Part shown: piece by piece, positions 9,056 to 17,249 of the stretch
Position numbering within the stretch: the stretch's first letter is position 1
Layout: each line of letters begins with the position of its first letter
Source of the DNA: Acidimicrobiia bacterium
Lineage (GTDB): Bacteria; Actinomycetota; Acidimicrobiia; Spongiisociales; ZC4RG35
Assembly: GCA_965203555.1 (NCBI GenBank)
Contig: CBDBCY010000004.1
Location: 2,656,001 to 2,720,000 of the forward strand
DNA: 64,000 nt
Direction of reading: 5' to 3'
The notes under the pieces: generated by a model
The model's input: the letters and a program-made list of their open reading frames with translations, nothing else
Told to the model about the DNA's origin: nothing
Databases searched by the model: none
Made by a program: the position numbers and the translations under genes

Positions 9056-10429
9056 TCAGGGCTGGACCAGGCTGCGCACCTGGGAAACCAACCGGTCCAC
9101 CGCAGGTTGGTCGGGTCCCTCCACGTTCAGCCGGAGGAAGGGCTCGGTGTTGGAGGGGCGCAGGTTGAACCACCGGTCGGGCCAGGAGACGGTCAGGCCG
9201 TCCAGCCGGTCCTGTTCGACCGATGAAAACGCCTCCGCAACCTTGGCCAGGGACCCGGAGCGGTTCGCTACCGCCAGATTGATCTCACCCGAGGCATGGT
9301 AGGGCGCCACATCGCTGTGCAGTTGCGACAGGGGTCGTTTCTGCTCGGAGAGAATGCGCAGCAGGGCCAGGGTGGCCAACATGCCCGAGTCTGCCCGGTA
9401 ATGGGCGGCGAAATAGTAGTGCCCGGAATGTTCTCCGCCGAACAAAGCTCCGGTCTCGGCCATCATCTGCTTCATAAAGGAATGTCCCACCCGAGACCGG
9501 ACGGGGACGCCCCCGCCGGCGATGATGGCTTCGGGAACCGACCGGGAACAGATCAGATTATGGACCACCTTGGCGCCCGGTTGGGAGGCGAGGAAGGAGC
9601 GGGCGATCAAGGTGGTGACCGCGCTTCCCGACATCGGTGCTCCCCGGTCATCGACGAAAAAAGCCCGGTCCGCGTCTCCATCGAAAGCCACTCCCAGGTC
9701 GGCGCCCACCGCTCGGACCTCTTTGACCAGGTCGGTGAGGTTGGCGGGATCTATGGGGTCGGGCGGATGGTTGGGGAAAGTCCCGTCGGGAGTTAGATAC
9801 AGTCCCGTCACTGTGACCGGCAGGCGGGAAAACACCGGTCCCACCACGGTGGCGGCCATGCCGTTCCCGCCGTCCACCACCACCCGCAGGGGGCCTATCT
9901 GGTCGGGACTCACGACGGAGAGCACATGGTCCACATACCCTTCGGTGACGTCGCAGACCGAAACCCGGCCGTGGTTGGCGGAGGCGCCCGGATCGGTCAT
10001 GGCCAGGCGGCGGATCTCGCCCAGCCCCGAGTCGGCCCCGACCGGGGATGCGCCCGGCAGGCACAGCTTGATTCCGTTCCATTGCGGCGGATTGTGGGAG
10101 GCGGTCACCATTGCTCCGGCCACCGACCGGGCCCCGGACACGTAGTAGAGCACCTCGGTGGCTACTTCTCCCAGGTCCAGAACGTCTACGCCGGCCGAGG
10201 TGACGCCTCCGATGAAGGCGCCGGCCAAACCGGGTGAACTGCTTCGGCAATCACGTCCGACCGCCACCGCATCGCCACCGGCGAACCGGGCGAACGCCGC
10301 GCCGATCCGGCGGGCGTGATCGGGAGTGAAGTCACCGGCCGCGACATCTCCCCTGATGTCGTAGGCCTTGAACAGCCCTTCTATCTCCTTGCTCCTTCCC
10401 TGTTGGTCTTCGAGGTGGCGGTTGCCCAT
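9056..10429 (-). CDS. manB: Phosphomannomutase/phosphoglucomutase
   Basis: FKAYDIRG, TASHNP, DGDADR, GGEHSGHYYF, RPSNTEP. True start is about ATG 10429; the ORF-track extension to 10801 overlaps the upstream gene. Confidence 0.93.
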   Translation of the reverse strand: MGNRHLEDQQGRSKEIEGLFKAYDIRGDVAAGDFTPDHARRIGAAFARFAGGDAVAVGRDCRSSSPGLAGAFIGGVTSAGVDVLDLGEVATEVLYYVSGARSVAGAMVTASHNPPQWNGIKLCLPGASPVGADSGLGEIRRLAMTDPGASANHGRVSVCDVTEGYVDHVLSVVSPDQIGPLRVVVDGGNGMAATVVGPVFSRLPVTVTGLYLTPDGTFPNHPPDPIDPANLTDLVKEVRAVGADLGVAFDGDADRAFFVDDRGAPMSGSAVTTLIARSFLASQPGAKVVHNLICSRSVPEAIIAGGGVPVRSRVGHSFMKQMMAETGALFGGEHSGHYYFAAHYRADSGMLATLALLRILSEQKRPLSQLHSDVAPYHASGEINLAVANRSGSLAKVAEAFSSVEQDRLDGLTVSWPDRWFNLRPSNTEPFLRLNVEGPDQPAVDRLVSQVRSLVQP

Positions 10430-12714
10430 CCCGCCAGTCGCTTTCTTGCCCGGGGAACGCCCAGGACAGCCAGCCCGGCCAGCGTCAGAGCCCAACCCAG
10501 CCACTCGGCCCAGGTGTTCTGAAACTCCAGCACTACCTGTTTTTGGGTCGGGATCACCAGCATCAGGGACGGAGCGGCCAGATAGGGTCCTTCGGCGCCG
10601 GTGGCGTTCCAATTGGGGAAGTAGGAGACCTTGACCAGATGGGGAACTCCCACAGCCTCGGTTTCGAAGGAGATCCGGTGATCCTCCACCACAATGTTGC
10701 TGACCGACCCCATTCGTTCGGGGAGGATCACAGGCCGTAGCAGGGAGGGATCGGAGACGGACGCCCAGCCGTATTCGGGAGGGGCCTCCTCCACCACCCA
10801 CAGATCGGCGTTGTTCAGGGTCTCGAACCAGGCCAGGGAGAAATTGAAGAAGTCCGGTTCCCCATCCGGGCTCTCTTCGAAGACCGATGGCTGGAATCGG
10901 GCTATCTCCACCAGCCGGGTCGGTGGCGCCTCGTATATGTGAAAGGGTCCGGCCACCCCCACCTCCCGCAGTTCAGGGTATTTGGCGGCCTCCTCGGTGG
11001 CCTCCGGTGTGAAGGAGATGTAGTAGCGCACGCCGAACATGTCGAGATGTCGCAGTCCCCGGTCCATGGCGAGATTGTGATATCGCAGCCCCGGCACCGG
11101 ATTGGAGCCCTGCTTGCTCATCTCCGAAATGGTGATGAAGATAAAAGGCATACTCATCGAGGACTCAAAGAACAGTCCCTCCATGGAGGGATGACTCCAC
11201 TCCGACCAGTAGGGGATGAGCATGGGAGCCATGGGAGTCCCGTACTGGTCTATATCCCGGTTGTTCTCCCACAGCACCCGTCCCGGTTCCAGCCCAGCCA
11301 CCAGGGTGTTCATGTCGCGGTATTCGGTCCAGCCCGCCTTGGCCTCGTAGCCGGAGTAGTTCCACCTCGACCAGCCGGCCAGGTAGGAGACCCCGGCCAG
11401 CGACCCCGCTCCCACCCCCACCGCCAATACGGCCGCCACCAGGCTTTTCACCGGAATAATCTGCTGGCGGATATACAGCACTGTCACCACTGCGATCGCT
11501 ACCAGCACCGTCCCGAACACGATCGGCCACCTGCCTCTCGAATCGGTGGCGGGAATCAGTATGCCGGCCACCAACGCCACCGAAGCCACGGTGGTGATGG
11601 CTGCGGCCGCGGGAGAGGCGGACCGGGGCAGGCGCCGGGCGAGCACTACCACCAGGGCGCCCACCGCCACCATGGCGAAGAACACCACCCCGAAGTACCA
11701 GTAGGGAAGAAGCCGCCCGTTGTAGAGCTTCCACCGGTCGTCCAGGAACAATTCCGGGAACTGGCGAGTGAGTCTTATCGGCAGGGGAAAGTAGACAATG
11801 GGCGCCGCTGTGGCTATCAGCAGGGGAACGATCTTCCAGACCTCGCCGGTTCGCCGGGCGCGCCGCAGCGCCCAGACCAGGCCGATCAGAGCCAGTGGAA
11901 GCAGTACCCAGATCTCGGTGGGAAAGAATTCCCGCCACTTGGTGAGAGGGCTCCAGGCCAGATCGGAGCTGTATCCCAGGTTGGCGAGGAACGGAACCGA
12001 CCAAAAGCCCGTCAGCGCAAAAGCCCAGGCCGAGACAACTATCAGAGGGCGGCGGCCTCTTTTGATAGTCAGGAAGGCCACAGTGCCCAATACCAACACC
12101 AGGGTGGTCAGCAGGTGGCACAGGACAGTGATACAGAACACCGCGGCCGTTCTGGGGAGAAGCCGGGATTCGCCGTCTATCACCCGGATCAACAGTCCCA
12201 GATAGATGAAGCCCAGACTGAAGGACCAGGCGTAGGTGAACTCCCCGGCCAGGGTGGAGGCTACGTTCCCCCCGTAGATGGTGAAGCTTTCCATCAGGGC
12301 GTAGACGGTTCCGCCTGCGGCGGCCACCAGGGCTACCAGACGCTGGAACCCCAGGGCCTTGGACAGGAAGTAAACCGCTGGGGGCAGCAGAAGCAAACCT
12401 CCCACGGTGACCAGCTTGAAGGCCACCCCGTAGGGCAGCACCAGATCCAGAAGGACGATGACCAGCGAGGGCAGCGGAAAATAGAAGTAGAAGAGAGGGA
12501 AACCCGCGAACCAGGCATTTGACCACCCCAGCAAGCGACCGGAAGGCAACAACACATCCCGCATGGCGGCCGGTCCCAGCACATGAGCGCCCATGTCGCC
12601 GCCGGAGGGAGTGTTGTCCACAAACAACAGGTGAGGGCTGAGCACGGCCAGCACCATGGCGGAAAGGACCGCCAGCACCCAACCCGGGTACCAGTAAACA
12701 GAGAGCCGTCTCAT
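10381..12714 (-). CDS. Polytopic membrane protein, 6-pyruvoyl-tetrahydropterin-synthase-related/YfhO-like (GT-C-fold glycosyltransferase candidate)
   Basis: GGDMGAH, W...WFAGFPLFYFYFPLP, many TM helices, extracellular domain ending KVSYFPNW, C-terminal TM. Confidence 0.7.
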   Translation of the reverse strand: MRRLSVYWYPGWVLAVLSAMVLAVLSPHLLFVDNTPSGGDMGAHVLGPAAMRDVLLPSGRLLGWSNAWFAGFPLFYFYFPLPSLVIVLLDLVLPYGVAFKLVTVGGLLLLPPAVYFLSKALGFQRLVALVAAAGGTVYALMESFTIYGGNVASTLAGEFTYAWSFSLGFIYLGLLIRVIDGESRLLPRTAAVFCITVLCHLLTTLVLVLGTVAFLTIKRGRRPLIVVSAWAFALTGFWSVPFLANLGYSSDLAWSPLTKWREFFPTEIWVLLPLALIGLVWALRRARRTGEVWKIVPLLIATAAPIVYFPLPIRLTRQFPELFLDDRWKLYNGRLLPYWYFGVVFFAMVAVGALVVVLARRLPRSASPAAAAITTVASVALVAGILIPATDSRGRWPIVFGTVLVAIAVVTVLYIRQQIIPVKSLVAAVLAVGVGAGSLAGVSYLAGWSRWNYSGYEAKAGWTEYRDMNTLVAGLEPGRVLWENNRDIDQYGTPMAPMLIPYWSEWSHPSMEGLFFESSMSMPFIFITISEMSKQGSNPVPGLRYHNLAMDRGLRHLDMFGVRYYISFTPEATEEAAKYPELREVGVAGPFHIYEAPPTRLVEIARFQPSVFEESPDGEPDFFNFSLAWFETLNNADLWVVEEAPPEYGWASVSDPSLLRPVILPERMGSVSNIVVEDHRISFETEAVGVPHLVKVSYFPNWNATGAEGPYLAAPSLMLVIPTQKQVVLEFQNTWAEWLGWALTLAGLAVLGVPRARKRLAGWATATSKTNREGARR

Positions 12715-12751
12715 CGGGGATGCGGGGGGCGTCGGCCCGGTCCGCCGATTT

Positions 12752-12991
12752 TTAAGCGGCTCCCGACTCCTTGGCGGATTGGAACATCTCGGTGACGTTG
12801 CGACGGTCGAATAGCGTCCATTTTATGGGAGGCGCAAGACGATCGGCGTGTTCCCGACAAAGGGCCGATAGCACATCATGTGGCGCCGAAATGCCTATGT
12901 CCCACAGCCAGACCCGATGGTTCTGGTAATCGATAGCCATCCACGCCGAGGCAACTTTTCCACACCGATAGCAGTTTGGGGCCATAGCCAA
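12752..12991 (-). CDS. DUF3499 family protein
   Basis: CYRC...DY....VWL......LCREHADRLAPPIKW; usual position upstream of actinobacterial manB. Confidence 0.75.
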   Translation of the reverse strand: MAMAPNCYRCGKVASAWMAIDYQNHRVWLWDIGISAPHDVLSALCREHADRLAPPIKWTLFDRRNVTEMFQSAKESGAA

Positions 12992-13005
12992 CCCACTTTA
13001 AGGCG

Positions 13006-13389
13006 TTACTGCAGGTAAACAAAGGATTTCCAACGCTTCAGCAACCGAACGGAAGGCATCCCCTCCCACACCCGACCCACTCCATCTTCATCCACCGCGG
13101 CGGTGGTCGGGACCCGGTCGATCCCATGGTATGCAAACGGTTGCGGCGACTCCGTCCACTTGATCTCACGGAATCCCTTTGGTCCCAGGACCTCGATCAG
13201 TCGTTCCCGGACGGGATCGCATCCGGGGCACCTGCGGGAGGTGAACAACACGACTCCCGGATCCAGGCCTGCCATGGCGCGGCGCCGGGGACGTCGGCGG
13301 TCCACCGTCCTCGCCACCAAGGCAACCGCCAAAGCAACAACCAGCGCTACGAGGGGAACCAGCCATCCGAGCGTTTCGCTGTCAAACAT
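13006..13389 (-). CDS. Membrane-anchored thioredoxin-like protein
   Basis: N-terminal TM, FTSRRCPGC, cis-Pro VPTT. Start ATG 13389 overlaps the pncB stop. Confidence 0.75.
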   Translation of the reverse strand: MFDSETLGWLVPLVALVVALAVALVARTVDRRRPRRRAMAGLDPGVVLFTSRRCPGCDPVRERLIEVLGPKGFREIKWTESPQPFAYHGIDRVPTTAAVDEDGVGRVWEGMPSVRLLKRWKSFVYLQ

Positions 13390-14863
13390 CGGTGGTTTCC
13401 GGTTTCCGGGCCGAGGCAAAAATCCTGTCTCGCAGCGTCCTCAACCCCCGGCTCACCGATACCGGGTAAGGCGCGGGTTCGATCAGGTCAAGGTACTCGG
13501 GAGAAAGCCGGGCAATGTCCTCTCGGCGTCTCTTCCGCGCAGCCTCAAGGCTTTCGGGCCCGGCCGGCTTGCCTTCTGCTCCCCACACCTCCTCCATAAG
13601 ATGCTCACAGCTGCCAGGCGCTCCATCGCTTGGTCTCTCGTCCGCCAGGGTGACCAGATCTCCTGCTGCGGCGCCGTCCGGACGGTAGCGGCGCCACAGG
13701 CCCTTGCGTCCGGGGATGGCGCTTTTGGCCAGGTCGTCGGTGAGCTTGAAGGCCGGTCTCCAGTCCCGGTCCTGGCGGATGGCGGCCAATTTGTAAACCC
13801 CGTCGAGGCTGGGAGACCCATGGGAGGTGACCAGTCGGGTCCCTACCCCGTACACCAGCCGACCGATCATCCGATCCGGGTATTCTGAACGTCGCGCCAG
13901 TTCATCGGTTATTCGGGCGATGGCAAGTTCATCCAGCCGGTCCGACAGAACGATGGTCGCATCTTCGAAGCCTGCGCGGTCCAGCATCAGAGCCGCCGCC
14001 AGCGCCAGGGGGGCCGGGTCTCCCGAATCGAGGCGAATCCCGACCGGTCGATGTCCCTTGCGACGCAGCTCTTCAAACACCGTTATGGCATTGGGAACAC
14101 CTGACTCCAAGGTGTCGATGGTATCCACCAAAAGCACGCAGTCGTCGGGATAGATCCGGGCAAAAGCGCGGAAGGCCTCGAGTTCGCTCCCTCCCAGGGC
14201 TATGAAAGCCTGTACCAATGAGTGGGCATGGGTACCCTTTGCCTGTAGCCCGGCCTTGTGGGAGGCGCCGACATTCGACGAGAAGTCCGCTCCACCCACC
14301 AGCGCCGCCTCGGTGGCCAGGTTGGCGCCCATTCCCGCCGAGCGGCGCATCCCGAATTCGAGAACCGTTCCCGATCGCGCCGCCCGCTTGACCCGGGCGG
14401 CCTTGGTGGCGATCAGGGTGGCGAAGTTGCGGTGGTTCAGCAGGGCGGTCTCCAAGAGTTGTCCCAGCACCACAGGTCCCTCCACCACTGTGATAGGGGT
14501 ATGGGGGTGAACTACCCGGCCATCGGGAACAGCCCGGATGCGGAGGCGGCGGAAGTCCCCGTGTTCCTCCAGCCAGTCAAGGAAGTCTTTGCCGAACAGC
14601 GCGGCGCCCGAGCCCGACCGCATCGCGGCGAGGGTGCAGCGTTCCGAGTCGCCGAAGCGGAAGGTCGCCACCCGGTCCAGCAGGGACTCGAGGCCGGCCG
14701 AGACGCAATAACCGGCCCGATGATCTCCGTAGGAGGGGTAGGTACGGAAATAATGTTCGTAACAGGCTCGGTAATCAGCGATCCCGTAGCTGACATAGAC
14801 CTGGGCCATGGTCAATTGATACAGGTCGGTGAACAGAGCACCGCGTTGGAGAGAAGGCGCCAT
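13382..14863 (-). CDS. pncB: Nicotinate phosphoribosyltransferase
   Basis: LFTDLYQLTMAQ, EFGMRR, GTHAHS, LVDTIDT, GIRLDSGD, GVGTRL, GVYKL. Start ATG 14863. Confidence 0.95.
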   Translation of the reverse strand: MAPSLQRGALFTDLYQLTMAQVYVSYGIADYRACYEHYFRTYPSYGDHRAGYCVSAGLESLLDRVATFRFGDSERCTLAAMRSGSGAALFGKDFLDWLEEHGDFRRLRIRAVPDGRVVHPHTPITVVEGPVVLGQLLETALLNHRNFATLIATKAARVKRAARSGTVLEFGMRRSAGMGANLATEAALVGGADFSSNVGASHKAGLQAKGTHAHSLVQAFIALGGSELEAFRAFARIYPDDCVLLVDTIDTLESGVPNAITVFEELRRKGHRPVGIRLDSGDPAPLALAAALMLDRAGFEDATIVLSDRLDELAIARITDELARRSEYPDRMIGRLVYGVGTRLVTSHGSPSLDGVYKLAAIRQDRDWRPAFKLTDDLAKSAIPGRKGLWRRYRPDGAAAGDLVTLADERPSDGAPGSCEHLMEEVWGAEGKPAGPESLEAARKRRREDIARLSPEYLDLIEPAPYPVSVSRGLRTLRDRIFASARKPETTDV

Positions 14864-14992
14864 TTTCTCACAGAGATTACGCACAACCTTGGGGCGCAAC
14901 AGACATCGACCGGCAGAAGGGCGCAGGTCTTTAACGGGCAGTCCAGTGGGTAATGCCCGCGCCCTGGATTTTGGGCCGCTACGGTACTCCCC

Positions 14993-16186
14993 ATGAGCGC
15001 TGTTCTTTCGGTCATCAATGGCCTTGTGTTCAACGGCGTCTCCCTGTCGCCGACCGAGCATCAGGTCCACATGGAGGGAGGGAAGGTGGTCGGCCTCCAC
15101 GGTCCTCCGCCCGATGGCGCCCGGGTCATCGATGCCCGTGGGCGCCTGGTCACACCGGGATTGATAGACGCACACTTTCACGCCTACGGGATCGGCTTCG
15201 AAATGATTGAAGTCGAGCGGCTGCCCATGAGCTATGTCGCCCACAAGGCGGCCCGGCGGCTTGAAGCGGTTCTTCGCCGGGGATTCACCACCGTGCGGGA
15301 TCCGTCGGGGGGCGACATAGGGCTGCGCATGGCCCTTGACCAGGGTCTTATCCCTGGGCCCCGTTACCTGTACACCGGTCCGGCGCTCACCCAGACCGGC
15401 GGTCACGGGGATCCCCGCCCCGAACATCTGCTTGCCGAGCACTCCTGTGGTTACTTGAGCGAGATCGTGGATGGAATCGGGAACCTTCGTAGAGCCGTAC
15501 GAGAGCGTTTCCGTACCGGCGCGCATGCCATAAAGATCTTTACCTCGGGTGGAGTGATGTCTCCCACCGATCCCATCCGGCTGGTGCAATACGACCCCGA
15601 GGAGGTCCGGGCGGTGTGTGCCGAGGCTGCCCGTCGGGAGTCATACGTCGCCGCCCACGCCTACTCGCCGGAAGCCATCGTTCACTCTGTGGCGAACGGT
15701 GTGAGAACCATTGAACACGGGAACCTGCTGGATGCCGATTCCGCCTCCCGCATGGCTGAACACGGCGCTTTCCTGGTGCCCACCCTGATCACCTATGACG
15801 CCATGCGGAGGAGAGGAGATGCTTTGGGGCTGCCGGAGGTGTCGCGTCGGAAGAATCTTGAAGTAATGGAGGCGGGCCTGGCTTCGGTCGAGATTGCCCG
15901 CCGTGCGGGAGTTCCCGTCGGCCTGGGAACCGATTTGATCGCTGACCTGGAGGACGATCAACTCCAGGAGTTTCGCCTCCGTTGCGAGGTGGAGGATGTC
16001 GGGGAGGTTCTGCGGTCTGCCACTTCGGTGAATGCCAAGATAATCCAACGTTCCGATCTGGGAGCGATCCGGGTCGGAGCTACCGCCGACCTCGTGGTTC
16101 TAGCGGGAGACCCGTTCAAAAGGCCCGACGTACTTTGGAATCCGGACCGAACAGTTGTCAAATCGGGAACAGTGGTCCAAACCTGA
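14993..16186 (+). CDS. Metal-dependent amidohydrolase (prolidase-like subgroup)
   Basis: PGLIDAHFH, GFTTVRD, IKIFTSGGVMS, AAHAY, IEHG, GTD. TACGGT -10 box lies 7 nt before the ATG. Confidence 0.92.
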   Translation: MSAVLSVINGLVFNGVSLSPTEHQVHMEGGKVVGLHGPPPDGARVIDARGRLVTPGLIDAHFHAYGIGFEMIEVERLPMSYVAHKAARRLEAVLRRGFTTVRDPSGGDIGLRMALDQGLIPGPRYLYTGPALTQTGGHGDPRPEHLLAEHSCGYLSEIVDGIGNLRRAVRERFRTGAHAIKIFTSGGVMSPTDPIRLVQYDPEEVRAVCAEAARRESYVAAHAYSPEAIVHSVANGVRTIEHGNLLDADSASRMAEHGAFLVPTLITYDAMRRRGDALGLPEVSRRKNLEVMEAGLASVEIARRAGVPVGLGTDLIADLEDDQLQEFRLRCEVEDVGEVLRSATSVNAKIIQRSDLGAIRVGATADLVVLAGDPFKRPDVLWNPDRTVVKSGTVVQT

Positions 16187-16306
16187 TCGACGCAATGCGA
16201 TTACCTCTCATCGAAGTGGGATCAGTCAGTTAGGCGTATCCTCCCCTGTTGGCCCTTTACATGACGGAATTTCCATGCTCGGTTCCACCACAGAGGGAAT
16301 AAGGCG

Positions 16307-16345
16307 CTACAGCGTCCAAGTGTCCAGGACAACCGTGAACCCCAA
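16307..16345 (-). pseudogene. Remnant of a PIN-domain toxin N-terminus
   Basis: TTG start 4 nt after the HTH gene stop reads (M)GFTVVLDTWTL*, resembling the typical PIN start FTVVLDTCxLY; TAG at codon 13. Confidence 0.6.
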
Positions 16346-16348
16346 CTG

Positions 16349-16807
16349 TCACCGCATCTTCTTGGGAGGAAGGGCAGTTCGCTCGTACATACCGCTTTCC
16401 TCGGCGATCTCGACCATGTGATCCAGGGAAGACCGGCGCTCCGTGGAGCGGCGCTGCCGAAATTCAAGCACATCTGTGAGCAATACCCGCCGGTGGCGTC
16501 CGGGTTGTTCGAACTTGATCTCGCCGGACTCCAGCAGTTTGACAAAGGTCGGTCGACTGATGCCGAGCAGATCAGCTGCCTGCTGGGTCGTAAGGCGTTG
16601 GTGGATGGGCGCCACTATCACTGCTTGACCCGCGGCCATCGCTTCGACCACACTGCTTAGCACTTCAAAGACTTCTTGGGGAAGAACAAGGTGAGGTCCT
16701 TCGGGCGGTGAAAGCGTAATCGGTCCCTGATGACGGCGGAATAGGGCCATGAGTTCATCCAAGGGCTCTTCAGGCGGTAAGACCGGACGTTCGCGTAGTG
16801 CAGCCAT
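16349..16807 (-). CDS. Excisionase-like helix-turn-helix DNA-binding protein (antitoxin-type, usually paired with PIN)
   Basis: LTTQQAADLLGISRPTFVKLLESGEI....PGRHRRVLLTDVL; RBS AAAGGAG upstream of ATG 16807. Confidence 0.88.
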   Translation of the reverse strand: MAALRERPVLPPEEPLDELMALFRRHQGPITLSPPEGPHLVLPQEVFEVLSSVVEAMAAGQAVIVAPIHQRLTTQQAADLLGISRPTFVKLLESGEIKFEQPGRHRRVLLTDVLEFRQRRSTERRSSLDHMVEIAEESGMYERTALPPKKMR

Positions 16808-16853
16808 TTGGTGATGCTCCTTTCGCCGACGCCCATCATAAGATGCAAAACGA

Positions 16854-16873
16854 AAAAAACGTAAGCGTTTTTT
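16854..16873. promoter_or_regulatory. Palindromic putative autoregulatory operator of the HTH gene
   Basis: AAAAAACG-TAAG-CGTTTTTT, about 47 nt upstream of the HTH start. Confidence 0.5.
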
Positions 16874-16931
16874 GTATTCCGCATGGTGCACGAGGGTCGA
16901 AAAAACGCCGAAGTCATCGGCCCGCCCTCCG

Positions 16932-17057
16932 GGAGTCATTCGAGAAAGCGCCACTGTGGACCTAGTGGCACCAACCGGCAACCCCTTCGACCGGCCGGAA
17001 GCACGGTGGACCTCCCGACGGACCGTGATCCCGTCGGGGAAGGTCGCCTCTACCTGA
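16932..17057 (+). pseudogene. Fossil copy of the amidohydrolase C-terminus (41 codons + TGA)
   Basis: GVIRESATVDLVAPTGNPFDRPEARWTSRRTVIPSGKVAST* aligns without gaps to 16061-16186 GAIRVGATADLVVLAGDPFKRPDVLWNPDRTVVKSGTVVQT* (21/41 identical). Confidence 0.85.
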
Positions 17058-17249
17058 CCTCCGGTATAGCTGCCGCTCGAACCGCCGCGCCCATCCCATC
17101 CACCCTGCTGTATTCTTATTCACAACGACTGATGAATACTGTTGGACCCGCGAGGCGCCATGGACTGTTTACCTGATCGCCTCCACCTTATTCCATCCCT
17201 GCATCGCCGCATCAGGCGGCATCCGGCCATTCGGGTGGGCTGAAATCAG

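Noticed and set aside
10939-12682. 527-aa (+) and 505-aa (-) ORFs over the membrane protein gene
   Set aside because: Shadow or alternative-frame ORFs with low-complexity R/G/P/H composition.
14864-15589. Apparent N-terminal extension of PncB (735-aa ORF)
   Set aside because: Antisense to the amidohydrolase; PncB homology begins at 14863.
17060-17176. Possible VapC C-terminal remnant (TLLYSYSQRL...ARRHGLFT*)
   Set aside because: Resemblance is too weak to support without a profile search.
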